IMG/VR virus record: IMGVR_UViG_3300035034_000734
Strand: one strand, 5' to 3'
DNA length: 64,000 nt
Source of the DNA: an uncultured virus (IMG/VR IMGVR_UViG_3300035034_000734)
Lineage: Duplodnaviria; Heunggongvirae; Uroviricota; Caudoviricetes
Shown: piece by piece, positions 39,449-48,342 of the stretch
Layout: every line of letters starts with the position of its first letter
How positions within the stretch are numbered: the stretch's first letter is position 1
Program-made: the position numbers and the translations under genes
Notes under the pieces: model-generated
What the model saw: only the letters and a program-made list of their open reading frames with translations
What the model was told of the DNA's origin: nothing
The model's database searches: none

Positions 39449-40885
39449 ATGAAAAGTTTTTTGAAATTAACTTCTAAACTGTTCGGTGATAAATCGGTTG
39501 AAGACGATGGTGGATCTGATGAACCATCGTTAATTGATCTTCCGACGGCGTTGCGTCCTTATTTTCCATCGTCGAAGTTTCGACCGATCAAACTAGAACA
39601 AGAGCAACACTACCCCAAGCTCAAGATGGCGCACGTCAGCGCTGACAACACACCGGGTCAGGTGGTCTTTCGTGAAGACACCATGTTGGATATGGACCTA
39701 CTGACTCGATATTCTGGAAAGAATTTCCATCGGATGCCTCAAAGTCAATACCGACGTATGTTGACAAAAGTGGGGCTGAACATGACCCCACCAATACCTG
39801 AGTTAACGGGGAACGATACCTGGGTCGATATACGCGTGGACGAGTTAGACTACGCGCTGGTTGATGTCACTGGGTTTCGTGAGTATATGGTCATCGATCG
39901 AGAACGAATCCAACATTGGCTTGAAGACATACCTCGAGAGCCGTTAACTATGGAGGTTCAACAGTTCGATCCTCACAGTGGAATCATCGCCAACGACGTC
40001 GATAAGATCAACTCCGCGATTCGTAAGATGACTCGGTTGCGGATCGAGAAACGTCTAAAGGACACGTTGGATCTTCCTCCGTTGCCAAGTGTCGCTCGAA
40101 AGATCATTGAGTTACGGGCGAACCCTAATGCAAACGCGTTTGAGTTAGTAGCCGTCGTTGAAAGCGACCCAACCTTAGCCGCCAACGTGATGCGTTGGGC
40201 AAATTCGTCTATGTACTCTATGAGCGGTGACGTTCGGTCGATACACGATGCGATCAATCGGGTGTTGGGATTCGACCTGGTTATGAACCTGTCGATGGGG
40301 TTGGCGTTAGGTAAGATAATGGAAATACCGAAACATGAGACCACGCACATCCTGAACCATTGGGAGCAGGCGATTTGGGTGGCACATGCCACGACGGCGC
40401 TGGCGGATCTGATCGGGCCAGATTTTAAGGCGTGCAAGGGGTTGGCGTATCTGTGTGGGTTATTGCACAACTTTGGTTATCTGGTGTTAAGTCACACTTT
40501 CCCACCGCACTTTAAGATCATTACCGAGTCGACCGACATCAATCGACACGTAGATGTCAGTTTGATCGATGCACACATCTTAGGGGTGACGCGAGAACAA
40601 GTGGCGACAGAGTTGATGGAAAATTGGAGGTTGCCAAAGGAAGTGGTCTATGGGATTCGGTATCAGAAACAGTTGCTGTACGATGATGAGCACCGAGTAT
40701 ACGCGAACTTGGTGTACTTGGCTCGATCTAAGTTGATCCAATACGGGGTGGCTCTAGGGGCACCTATGGCGCAGCCTGGCTATCTGATAGAACAGCTTGA
40801 GTTGGAGGAGAGCGCGGTCGACAGTCGAATCGTTGAGCTTCTCAAACAAGAAGATCGGATCTTAAGCATGGCACGGATGATGTAG
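39449..40885 (+). CDS. HDOD-domain protein with a probable degenerate YbaK-like N-terminal domain
   Basis: LPPLPSVARKII, VESDPTLAANVMRWANS, SIHDAINRVLGF, YLCGLLHNFGYLVL, ENWRLP are canonical HDOD motifs. Length and layout resemble gammaproteobacterial aminoacyl-tRNA deacylase + HDOD proteins. Confidence 0.85.
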   Translation: MKSFLKLTSKLFGDKSVEDDGGSDEPSLIDLPTALRPYFPSSKFRPIKLEQEQHYPKLKMAHVSADNTPGQVVFREDTMLDMDLLTRYSGKNFHRMPQSQYRRMLTKVGLNMTPPIPELTGNDTWVDIRVDELDYALVDVTGFREYMVIDRERIQHWLEDIPREPLTMEVQQFDPHSGIIANDVDKINSAIRKMTRLRIEKRLKDTLDLPPLPSVARKIIELRANPNANAFELVAVVESDPTLAANVMRWANSSMYSMSGDVRSIHDAINRVLGFDLVMNLSMGLALGKIMEIPKHETTHILNHWEQAIWVAHATTALADLIGPDFKACKGLAYLCGLLHNFGYLVLSHTFPPHFKIITESTDINRHVDVSLIDAHILGVTREQVATELMENWRLPKEVVYGIRYQKQLLYDDEHRVYANLVYLARSKLIQYGVALGAPMAQPGYLIEQLELEESAVDSRIVELLKQEDRILSMARMM

Positions 40886-40912
40886 TTGTTTAGACTTGAT
40901 AAACCGTCATTG

Positions 40913-40948
40913 CGACATAGGGGAGGGGCAATGCCCCTCCCTTTTATT
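40913..40948. terminator. bidirectional terminator hairpin
   Basis: CGACATAGGGGAGGGGCA-A-TGCCCCTCCCTTTTATTT; stem nearly identical to that at 3173. Confidence 0.8.
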
Positions 40949-40967
40949 TCGACTTCCTTGTGAGGCG

Positions 40968-42269
40968 TTACAGAATCCCCATCGCCACCATTGGGTCTTC
41001 GTTGATCCCCGGTTGAAACGGAACTCTTGACTCCATGGTACTGCCTTGACTGAAGTAGGTCATAGAGAACGTTCTTAACACAATGTACAGCATACACCCA
41101 GTGCGCACAGAAGCCAACAGCGATTTGTTGTTAGACTTCACCGCCCGGCGAGCGATAGCCAAACTCAGCTCTCGCATTTTCAACAACGACGCATCGGTAG
41201 ACCGAGACGACATGTACAAACTGCGCAGTCGACTCAGTAAGGTAGCCAGATCGATGCTGTTACGAAATTCCCGACGGTTCTCGTTGATGTACTCAAACGC
41301 GTGCAACAGAGTTTCATCCACCAGTTCTTGAATCTTAGGATCACCCCGTCGACCGTAGTTGTCGGCCATGTATTCCAACGCACTGTTCAAATGTCGTTCA
41401 GGCATGGTGTGCATGACGTTCGCTACAATGCCCGTCAGTTGCCCTCGAATGAAAGTGGCCCTATCAGTCAGGGTCGTGTGAATGTACCGTTTGTAGCGGC
41501 TGTTCTGGCGTGCTAGGTCACGTACGTGCATCTCACCACCCAAGTCGATCATGTTCGACCGACTGGAGATCCGAGTAGGGCTGTCTTTGACCCGGTGGAA
41601 GATCGCGGTCATCTTCTTCACCACTTCTCGAATGCGACCTTGAACGTCACTGATCATCCGCTGGATCTGCTCGTCGTCGTCAAACTTATCGATGGTACTG
41701 GCGTGAATCGAACCGCGAGATAAGACGTCCTCACACCGGGCTTCGATCAAGGCCGCCCAACTGCCGTGTTGTTTAATGCTGAACTTGTAACTCAACGCAG
41801 CGTAAGTGGCCTCCGCGATTGCGCGATCGGGTTCGTACGGGTAGTAGTGAGCCATCAACGAACCCAAGAACCGATAGTGCATGGCTCGCAAAGCGTCCAT
41901 CATACCTTGCTCTTTCTGACGACTGGACAGGCCTGATGCGTTGTGAATGGCGTGCACCAACCACACCACACTCAAGTTGAAGACGTCTGTCCTGACTCGT
42001 TGTGTAGGATCAACCGTCGGTAACGAATGCAATTCGTTGCGTAGCACGACGTCATCGGTTTGAAGAACTTCGTCAAACCAAGCGTTGCGATCGGATGTAT
42101 GAAAACGCATAGGTGGGGTACCCAGAAGGTTACCGCCTAAGAAAGCGATGTGGTCTTCGTTCTTGTTCACGAAGTAACGTTCAAACTGACTGATCGTCTT
42201 TACCAACTTAACATCAATCTTCAGATGCTTCATTTCATCAGCAAAGACTTCTTTAATGGATCGTGACAT
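40968..42269 (-). CDS. conserved phiKZ-family protein, probably virion-associated
   Basis: 433 aa from ATG 42269; KNEDHIAFLGGNLLG and SVRTGCMLYIVLR motifs. Confidence 0.65.
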   Translation of the reverse strand: MSRSIKEVFADEMKHLKIDVKLVKTISQFERYFVNKNEDHIAFLGGNLLGTPPMRFHTSDRNAWFDEVLQTDDVVLRNELHSLPTVDPTQRVRTDVFNLSVVWLVHAIHNASGLSSRQKEQGMMDALRAMHYRFLGSLMAHYYPYEPDRAIAEATYAALSYKFSIKQHGSWAALIEARCEDVLSRGSIHASTIDKFDDDEQIQRMISDVQGRIREVVKKMTAIFHRVKDSPTRISSRSNMIDLGGEMHVRDLARQNSRYKRYIHTTLTDRATFIRGQLTGIVANVMHTMPERHLNSALEYMADNYGRRGDPKIQELVDETLLHAFEYINENRREFRNSIDLATLLSRLRSLYMSSRSTDASLLKMRELSLAIARRAVKSNNKSLLASVRTGCMLYIVLRTFSMTYFSQGSTMESRVPFQPGINEDPMVAMGIL

Positions 42270-42354
42270 GACGTCGATCTCTCGAATTAATGGGTTGTCT
42301 ATATAATCCGCGGGGGGGCCGCGCGCCTGTTCCACTTGTATAGGTGCTAAAGAC

Positions 42355-43008
42355 GCCAGGGGGGGTTGTTTGGTTTGTTATGAAGACTGTGAATGGATTG
42401 GTCTTTATTGTATCCGATGTCTCTGTTTCTTTCTAATCCATTAAAAACCCACAATCCATTCTTTATCTTTGGTCTTTACAAACCAAGCAATCCCTTTCAG
42501 GGTTTATCTTGGATGTGTAAAACTTTACAGGATTGAATTATTTTTTGCCAGAAAGAGGAGCGACAGCGACCATCCTTTCGAGCTTACCGTAGGCGGTAAG
42601 CGTGGGAGAAACGGTAGTAAGGGGGAGCGATAGTCTGCGCAAATGCTATATTGACCTTTTTTCAAGGGTTTGTAGGGCTTTTTGAGTTTGCACAGGGGAA
42701 CGTCGTAATTTTCCCGGTTAACGGCTTCTATGGTATAGCACTTTAACAGTGCGCGTGGTTTAGACCTTAGGTGTTGGGGTGATAGTGATTTGCACCTGGG
42801 GTCTGGACGTTGGTGGTGTCGAGGGGAGTACGTGTGTGGAAGGTTTTTACGGGTTCCTTCCTAGCGCAGTTCCTGTACGGTTGTGTTTGCGCATAGCGAA
42901 CGCGTTTTGCGCTTGTACACAAGCTCCCCTCGACGGGCCTCATGCAATAATGTTCATCTGTAGTGCGGGTAGATTGGGGACCTTCGGGTCCTCAGTTTAT
43001 TTTGTTTT
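42355..43008 (+). ncRNA. long structured non-coding region (one or more ncRNAs, or a cis element)
   Basis: No credible ORF. Helices include 42362-78/42478-94, 42391-400/42452-61, 42582-89/42594-601 and 42818-28/42924-34. Ends in a TTCG-loop terminator at 42974-43008. Confidence 0.55.
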
Positions 43009-43096
43009 GACCGTATCTTAAGCACATATTACTTGAGGGAGTAGTCACATAACTACTTAACAACAACATTACATCAGAACCTGTAGGATCAGATCT

Positions 43097-43417
43097 ATGC
43101 ACGAGCTCACGTTGGAGACCTTACCGCAGTACGCCGAGAAAGAACCGAAGTTGGTGACCGCTATGTTTTCTTTAGCAGACATCGCTCAACGGTTTGACGA
43201 AGCCGTGGCCCCTAAAAGCATTGACGTGTGGATTGCACGAAACATGCACGAGGTCAATGCTTTTTCAAATCGAGTCATCCCGGTAGGAAAGATCGAAGAC
43301 TTGCCGTACCACCTGTTCATCGCCACGACGGAGATCACTCAAAGCTACGTACTCGTCCCCAGTAAACAACGAATGAAATTGGTGACTGAACCTTTACGGT
43401 CCGGCATCTGTCTGTAA
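43097..43417 (+). CDS. hypothetical protein, probably early
   Basis: 106 aa, AGGA RBS; degenerate promoter motif at 43016-43039. Confidence 0.65.
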   Translation: MHELTLETLPQYAEKEPKLVTAMFSLADIAQRFDEAVAPKSIDVWIARNMHEVNAFSNRVIPVGKIEDLPYHLFIATTEITQSYVLVPSKQRMKLVTEPLRSGICL

Positions 43418-43469
43418 GTGGGGAGGGGTACGCCCCTCCCTTATGCCGTTTTGCGTTGATCCCAACACA

Positions 43470-43493
43470 TTTCGAACCTATATAACACAGGTG
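43470..43493 (+). promoter_or_regulatory. putative early promoter
   Basis: TTTCG-aacc-TATATAAC-acag-GTG. Confidence 0.6.
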
Positions 43494-43544
43494 AGTTGGA
43501 TACACAAACAACTTAACCCTAACCTTTATATCTGGAGAATACCC

Positions 43545-43904
43545 ATGAAAGTATCTTACAGCGCATCCATGACCAAGACCGAACTCACTGCTATCAAATC
43601 CTTCGCAGAGAAAGTGGCGACGCATTTCGGTGAGAGCTTCGACGCTGAGGCGTACAACGTAGAACTGTCCCAAAGAATTCGGGTGAAGTACACCGCTGGG
43701 AACGTGTTGGCGTTCATCAATTTAAAAGATACCTACGAGGTATCGGTTGATGTGAGTGTTGATGAGTCCTACACGGTAGAGTACCTGGACTTGCTAACCC
43801 GTGCTCTGCCCCTGATCGGTGGGTTGATCAACGTGATCAAAGAGCTAGACACGCTCAACGAATCAAAGTTCGAAGTCCTTGAGACGGAGTTCGAAACCCA
43901 ATAA
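43545..43904 (+). CDS. hypothetical protein, probably early
   Basis: GGAGA RBS before ATG 43545. The ORF-track start (43443) lies in the upstream terminator flank. Confidence 0.7.
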   Translation: MKVSYSASMTKTELTAIKSFAEKVATHFGESFDAEAYNVELSQRIRVKYTAGNVLAFINLKDTYEVSVDVSVDESYTVEYLDLLTRALPLIGGLINVIKELDTLNESKFEVLETEFETQ

Positions 43905-43979
43905 GCGCTAGACGACATAAGGGGAAGCGATCGCTTCCCTCTAGAACCAACCCCAACCTTTAATAAAGCGAGACTTACC

Positions 43980-44408
43980 ATGAAAAACTTCAATCGCATC
44001 TTCGATCAAATCGACACCACGCTTTCTGCAGAAACGGTTCTCAAGGGTGAGAACGGAACCGGGTACTTCAACGGTCTAACGCTAGTGGACTTTGATGGCG
44101 ATCTGGCCAAGTTCACCGACCGGCACGACCGCCGGGGTATCGTGTGCAAGACCCGGTTGGGGAACATTGTGTTCTTTCAACGTCGCATCGATGGGGAGAG
44201 ATTTGCATACAACGCCGCCGGGGCCCTCAGACTGATCATGAGTGCCGCGGTTCCCGAAAACGTATTAACGGACGATTCCCTGTCGATCTGGATCGGGAAT
44301 TTCAAACCCACCAACACGATGAAGAAGATCATCGATGAAATCTTAAACAGAGAACAAGACCGTCTGGAAGATGAGGAGTCTGCTAACGACACCGCCGGTA
44401 TGGCGTAA
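43980..44408 (+). CDS. hypothetical protein
   Basis: 142 aa followed by a terminator at 44414-44468. Confidence 0.7.
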   Translation: MKNFNRIFDQIDTTLSAETVLKGENGTGYFNGLTLVDFDGDLAKFTDRHDRRGIVCKTRLGNIVFFQRRIDGERFAYNAAGALRLIMSAAVPENVLTDDSLSIWIGNFKPTNTMKKIIDEILNREQDRLEDEESANDTAGMA

Positions 44409-44634
44409 TGCAAACGGCATAAGGGGAGGCTACGGCCTCCCCTATGTCATCGCTTTATTTTTTGTCTTAACGTTACAGGGTTGCCTTGTTCGCCGGGTAA
44501 TGGATATCAACGGTTAGATCCAACACTGGTGCCGGGGCGGTAAGCGCAGACACAACATTACTACCGGCGTTCCGTGAGCCTTTTGCGTAGAACGAATTGG
44601 ACTTTACATTAAGACGATTAATAGTTTAGATCGA

Positions 44635-45453
44635 TTACTTACCCCGACCAACCATGGAGGCGATAAACTGACTCATACGCGGTCTATCGTTTGTGAAGCT
44701 GGCCTTGGCCCAGTTCTGAGCGTAGTACTCCTGATACATCTCGTTAGAGTCAGCGTAAGAGTCGACAACTTCACGAATCCTACCTAACGGTACGCCTCCG
44801 TTCAAAACCCCCTGATCCATGGCGATGTTGGTGTTCACGTAGATGTAGGCCTTGACGGCTAACTCGACCAACTTACCATACACCGGATAAATACCTGGGT
44901 TCAAGTTCGCCATACCGTGGTCGTTCTCAACCATGCAGGTCATTCCCAACTGATCGCTCAGGTGGGTTACATCGTCTCTGACAAGTACGGTGTTGTCGCC
45001 GATGATTTGACAGTTAGCGGTTGAGACAATGGGCATACTGGCAATGGCTTTGTACAGATCGTTGGCCGCCGCCAGTAGTTGATTGGTCTGTCCTTGGTGA
45101 TGCGTTGGCATCCCATGGTAGGTGATGTAGTTCAGCGTCCGGACCGAGACGATGCGACGACCCCCCGTCAGTTCATAGGGAATACGAAACACACGTGTCG
45201 CCAGGTCGAATTGTTCCCACCCACAGCGAGCCAAATCGATGGCCACCATAGTGCCGCCTGTCAGATTGCAGTCGACGTTCACACGACTTTCAATAACCTT
45301 ATCTCTAATAGCAGCGTCAATAGATACAGCGTCTTGATTTCCCCGCCAGCGAGACCCGAATCCAGTGATGGCTTGTGGCGAGAACGCCAATTGCAACACC
45401 GAATCAGGGATCGTGTGGCGGACATTATTAATGGCGTAGTTAATTGCGTTCAT
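44635..45453 (-). CDS. conserved phiKZ-family protein, probably structural
   Basis: 272 aa, AGGAG RBS, divergent from phuZ. Confidence 0.65.
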   Translation of the reverse strand: MNAINYAINNVRHTIPDSVLQLAFSPQAITGFGSRWRGNQDAVSIDAAIRDKVIESRVNVDCNLTGGTMVAIDLARCGWEQFDLATRVFRIPYELTGGRRIVSVRTLNYITYHGMPTHHQGQTNQLLAAANDLYKAIASMPIVSTANCQIIGDNTVLVRDDVTHLSDQLGMTCMVENDHGMANLNPGIYPVYGKLVELAVKAYIYVNTNIAMDQGVLNGGVPLGRIREVVDSYADSNEMYQEYYAQNWAKASFTNDRPRMSQFIASMVGRGK

Positions 45454-45508
45454 AACTGGACTCCTTGTATGATCATAAGATGGCCAGTAATTTGTGGAAC
45501 CCTCAGGA

Positions 45509-45532
45509 TTTCAGGAATATATCATTGAGGTG
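45509..45532 (+). promoter_or_regulatory. putative early promoter of phuZ
   Basis: TTTCA-ggaa-TATATCAT-tgag-GTG. Confidence 0.7.
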
Positions 45533-45623
45533 CTATAGTCACACGCAGTTTTTACTGACAGCGTATGGCGAATAGAATGCAACTATTGCGCAATAGTTAC
45601 AAACGAGAACTTTAGGAGCAGAC

Positions 45624-46580
45624 ATGTCTAAGACATTAAGAATTTTCGGATGTGGCGGCGCCGGGATTAACCTGGTCAGTCATTACTTCGGCAAAGAAAC
45701 AGCAGCTGGAACTGCAGAACTGGCACCAGCCTTGATCGACACCAGTCGGTCCAACCTCAGAGGCCGTAAGATCGACGAAGCTGCCACCTACCTGGTAGAA
45801 GGCCTGGACGGCTCCGGTAAGATTCGCTCAGAAAACTACGAGGAAATCAACAAAACGATCAAACAGATCTTGGTGCAGATACCCCCTGGGGATTTCAATC
45901 TGGTGGTCTTCAGTGCCAGTGGCGGTTCAGGATCGGTTGTCGGTCCTTTGCTGCTCAAAGCGCTCAACGAAAGAAAACTCCCTGCGATCGCTATTGTGGT
46001 GGGGACTGATGAGTCTACTATCGCTGCTGAAAACACATTGAAAACCATCAAGTCTCTGGAACTGGTTGCTAAGAACAGCGACCTGCCGGTGATCATGTCG
46101 TTCCACAAGAACGATCTGGGTGGCCGCCGCTCTGAAACCGACCGTGCCGTTTGGTCCGTCATCTCCTGCCTGAGTATTCTTACGTCTGGCGAAAACATGG
46201 AAATGGATTATCGCGACCTGGTACATTGGGTTCAGTACACTAAGGTGAACGGCGGGCGTTCTCAGTTGGCTACTATGCACGTAGCAACGTCCGCCGACCA
46301 CATGAAACGCATCACTGCTCCGCTGTCCGTGGCCAGTCTGTACGGAGATCCCGACCAAGAACACTTGGCAACGTCTGCGGACTATCAGTCTGTGGGTTAC
46401 GCCGATCTCTCCGGAACGGATTTTGACCAGGTACACTTCGTCATCGGCGTCAACGATCTTCAGCGTATCGGTCAAGACCTGAAAGCTCAGGTGTCAGGTA
46501 TGATGGAAGAGCGTAACGCTCGAATCGACGTGGATTCGCTGTTGGAAGACGGCGACAGCGAAGGCGATGTAGTTCTTTGA
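45624..46580 (+). CDS. phuZ: phage tubulin PhuZ
   Basis: GCGGAGIN, IDTS, DGSGK, tubulin signature SGGSGS, MDYRD (T7 loop) and acidic C-terminal tail; 318 aa. Confidence 0.95.
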   Translation: MSKTLRIFGCGGAGINLVSHYFGKETAAGTAELAPALIDTSRSNLRGRKIDEAATYLVEGLDGSGKIRSENYEEINKTIKQILVQIPPGDFNLVVFSASGGSGSVVGPLLLKALNERKLPAIAIVVGTDESTIAAENTLKTIKSLELVAKNSDLPVIMSFHKNDLGGRRSETDRAVWSVISCLSILTSGENMEMDYRDLVHWVQYTKVNGGRSQLATMHVATSADHMKRITAPLSVASLYGDPDQEHLATSADYQSVGYADLSGTDFDQVHFVIGVNDLQRIGQDLKAQVSGMMEERNARIDVDSLLEDGDSEGDVVL

Positions 46581-46584
46581 TAAA

Positions 46585-46931
46585 ACCGTTTGTATTTTTC
46601 GGACGCTGGTTTGCCGTCGCTTGTGGGAGACTTAGTTACCTATTGAGTCTTGCCCTGGAACCGTTCTTGGTTCTTCCGGCGCTGGCGTCCGAAATGACGG
46701 ATGGATGTGTGACGAGAGCGCGCATCCATGTAAGCGTGGGTTGTTGTCGTCTGTCGGTGATTTTTGGGGTCGCGCCAGGCAATCGAACAGGTAACCCACT
46801 TGCTGTAATGAGGTCGTTATGAGACGACTGATCGTTTTGAGTAAAGCGGCAGGAAGTCGAGTTCTCTTTGGACACCGTGCTGTTTAGCACTGGCTCCATG
46901 TTGAGACTCGACTTCCTATATTTTTTTTGTC
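46585..46931 (+). ncRNA. candidate ~350-nt structured RNA (ncRNA or structured 3' extension of phuZ mRNA)
   Basis: Helices 46597-606/46685-94, 46701-11/46719-29, 46736-43/46792-99 and 46851-62/46906-17, followed by a T run and GTC. Confidence 0.6.
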
Positions 46932-47032
46932 TTTGCTGAAAGCTCCTCAGATCGTCTCTGCTGCCATTCTATGTGAATCAGTACATAACTGCGCTTTTAT
47001 ATGTAATAGGCCGTACAGGCCACTCCAGACGT

Positions 47033-47056
47033 TTTCAGGGATATATTATCCATGTG
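47033..47056 (+). promoter_or_regulatory. putative early promoter
   Basis: TTTCA-ggga-TATATTAT-ccat-GTG with upstream GGCCACTCCAGA. Confidence 0.7.
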
Positions 47057-47075
47057 ATAGACATTCCTGACCGAG

Positions 47076-47627
47076 GTGAGACAGCCCGTGATATTAATCT
47101 TCAATGTCGATGAGCACCTTCACGACTTAAAGCATCATTTTGACTGTCCCAAGACGGCACTGCTACGAATAGTAGGATACCACCTGTACAGAGAATACCA
47201 TCTCGATGCTGGTCTTCAATGCATGTATCTTGATAGACGCTATTCCCGGGAATACAGTCGATTCCATCTGTCGTTCTTACTTGAACTCAAACTGGTGGGC
47301 ACGTCGATTGTGTACGGTGGTGCGTATTACGGACGGTTGCAACTACATAAAACCGACCTCTGGGTCACTCTAGAGACGACTAGGATTGGAACGCATGCAG
47401 AACCCCCTCAAATCACAGCTGATGAATATGCACGACTGGGCCGACATCACCACGGCACTCGTTCGTCAGTTCATCTACGAAACGCTCGAACCGCACACGA
47501 CCCCATCGGACAAAGATACCGTGTCCCAGACGTGGACAATGAAACAATCTATTCAGTGGGTTCAAGCGCAGTTAGACGACGAGTTCAATCGTCAAATGGC
47601 GTGGGCGAGCGCCACTACCGCCGCTGA
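47076..47627 (+). CDS. hypothetical protein (array member 1; C-terminal ~80 aa overlap the next gene)
   Basis: GTG start after the promoter; first ~103 aa look like the other array members. Confidence 0.5.
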   Translation: MRQPVILIFNVDEHLHDLKHHFDCPKTALLRIVGYHLYREYHLDAGLQCMYLDRRYSREYSRFHLSFLLELKLVGTSIVYGGAYYGRLQLHKTDLWVTLETTRIGTHAEPPQITADEYARLGRHHHGTRSSVHLRNARTAHDPIGQRYRVPDVDNETIYSVGSSAVRRRVQSSNGVGERHYRR

Positions 47628-47910
47628 CGACGTCTTAATGGATTTCCTAAGCGAGCTGTTCTCTACCGAGCTGGGTCCTGAGATCACCACCAAGAAAAAC
47701 CAAAAGAAACTTCTGAACAACCTCATCGAACTCACCGACCCCGCAGTTATCGTGATAGGGGAAGCCGTTGCAGATCTGGTACAACCGAACCCCTGGATGG
47801 TGTGGAGTATCCGATACCGATATGACATCGCACTGATCGAACCCGACGACGACTATCGAATTAAAATCTTCAATCAGAAAGTTGAGGCTGGCGACTGGAA
47901 ACTTAAGTGA
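47395..47910 (+). CDS. hypothetical protein (array member 2)
   Basis: ATG 47395; ORF chained to its neighbours. Confidence 0.65.
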   Translation: MQNPLKSQLMNMHDWADITTALVRQFIYETLEPHTTPSDKDTVSQTWTMKQSIQWVQAQLDDEFNRQMAWASATTAADDVLMDFLSELFSTELGPEITTKKNQKKLLNNLIELTDPAVIVIGEAVADLVQPNPWMVWSIRYRYDIALIEPDDDYRIKIFNQKVEAGDWKLK

Positions 47911-47917
47911 GGCGAGC

Positions 47918-48289
47918 ATGGTCTTTGAATACGTTCACCGCATCAGCCTTTATGAAATTGGCAGCTACGTCCGTCACTACTTAGACGAACATGGGACAAT
48001 TCCGATGAACGGTCGTCCTATGAATTATCTTTTAGAGATGCATCTGAATTTGCTCTTGTGCAACGACTTGAGTTATTTGGGCGCCATGCGACGCAAACTG
48101 CATCAATACTTATCACCACATCACGCGGATACGTTAACCGATTTGGTTCACGACATGTTACTGTACGACACCCGACACTACTTAACGTTGGATGAGGGCG
48201 AAACGGTGATTGAAGTTAGTGTCAAGTCAAACTACGACGCGGTGGTGGTTGTCCACGAGCGAGACGGCGCGCACGCCCTCAACGACTAA
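47918..48289 (+). CDS. hypothetical protein (array member 3)
   Basis: GAGG RBS before ATG 47918. Confidence 0.65.
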   Translation: MVFEYVHRISLYEIGSYVRHYLDEHGTIPMNGRPMNYLLEMHLNLLLCNDLSYLGAMRRKLHQYLSPHHADTLTDLVHDMLLYDTRHYLTLDEGETVIEVSVKSNYDAVVVVHERDGAHALND

Positions 48290-48342
48290 CCCCAACACAC
48301 GAGGACGGTTCCGACCGTCCTTTATTCTCATTAGGTACTATT

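Noticed and set aside
44472..44634. Start-less ~50-codon open stretch on the minus strand, in frame after gene 44635-45453
   Set aside because: Two TAA stops separate it from the gene and no motif is recognisable; it may be a remnant but cannot be supported.
46585..46931. tmRNA or RNase P RNA (similar size)
   Set aside because: No tRNA-like GGGG../..CCA ends, and no RNase P GAGGAAAGUCC or terminal conserved motifs.
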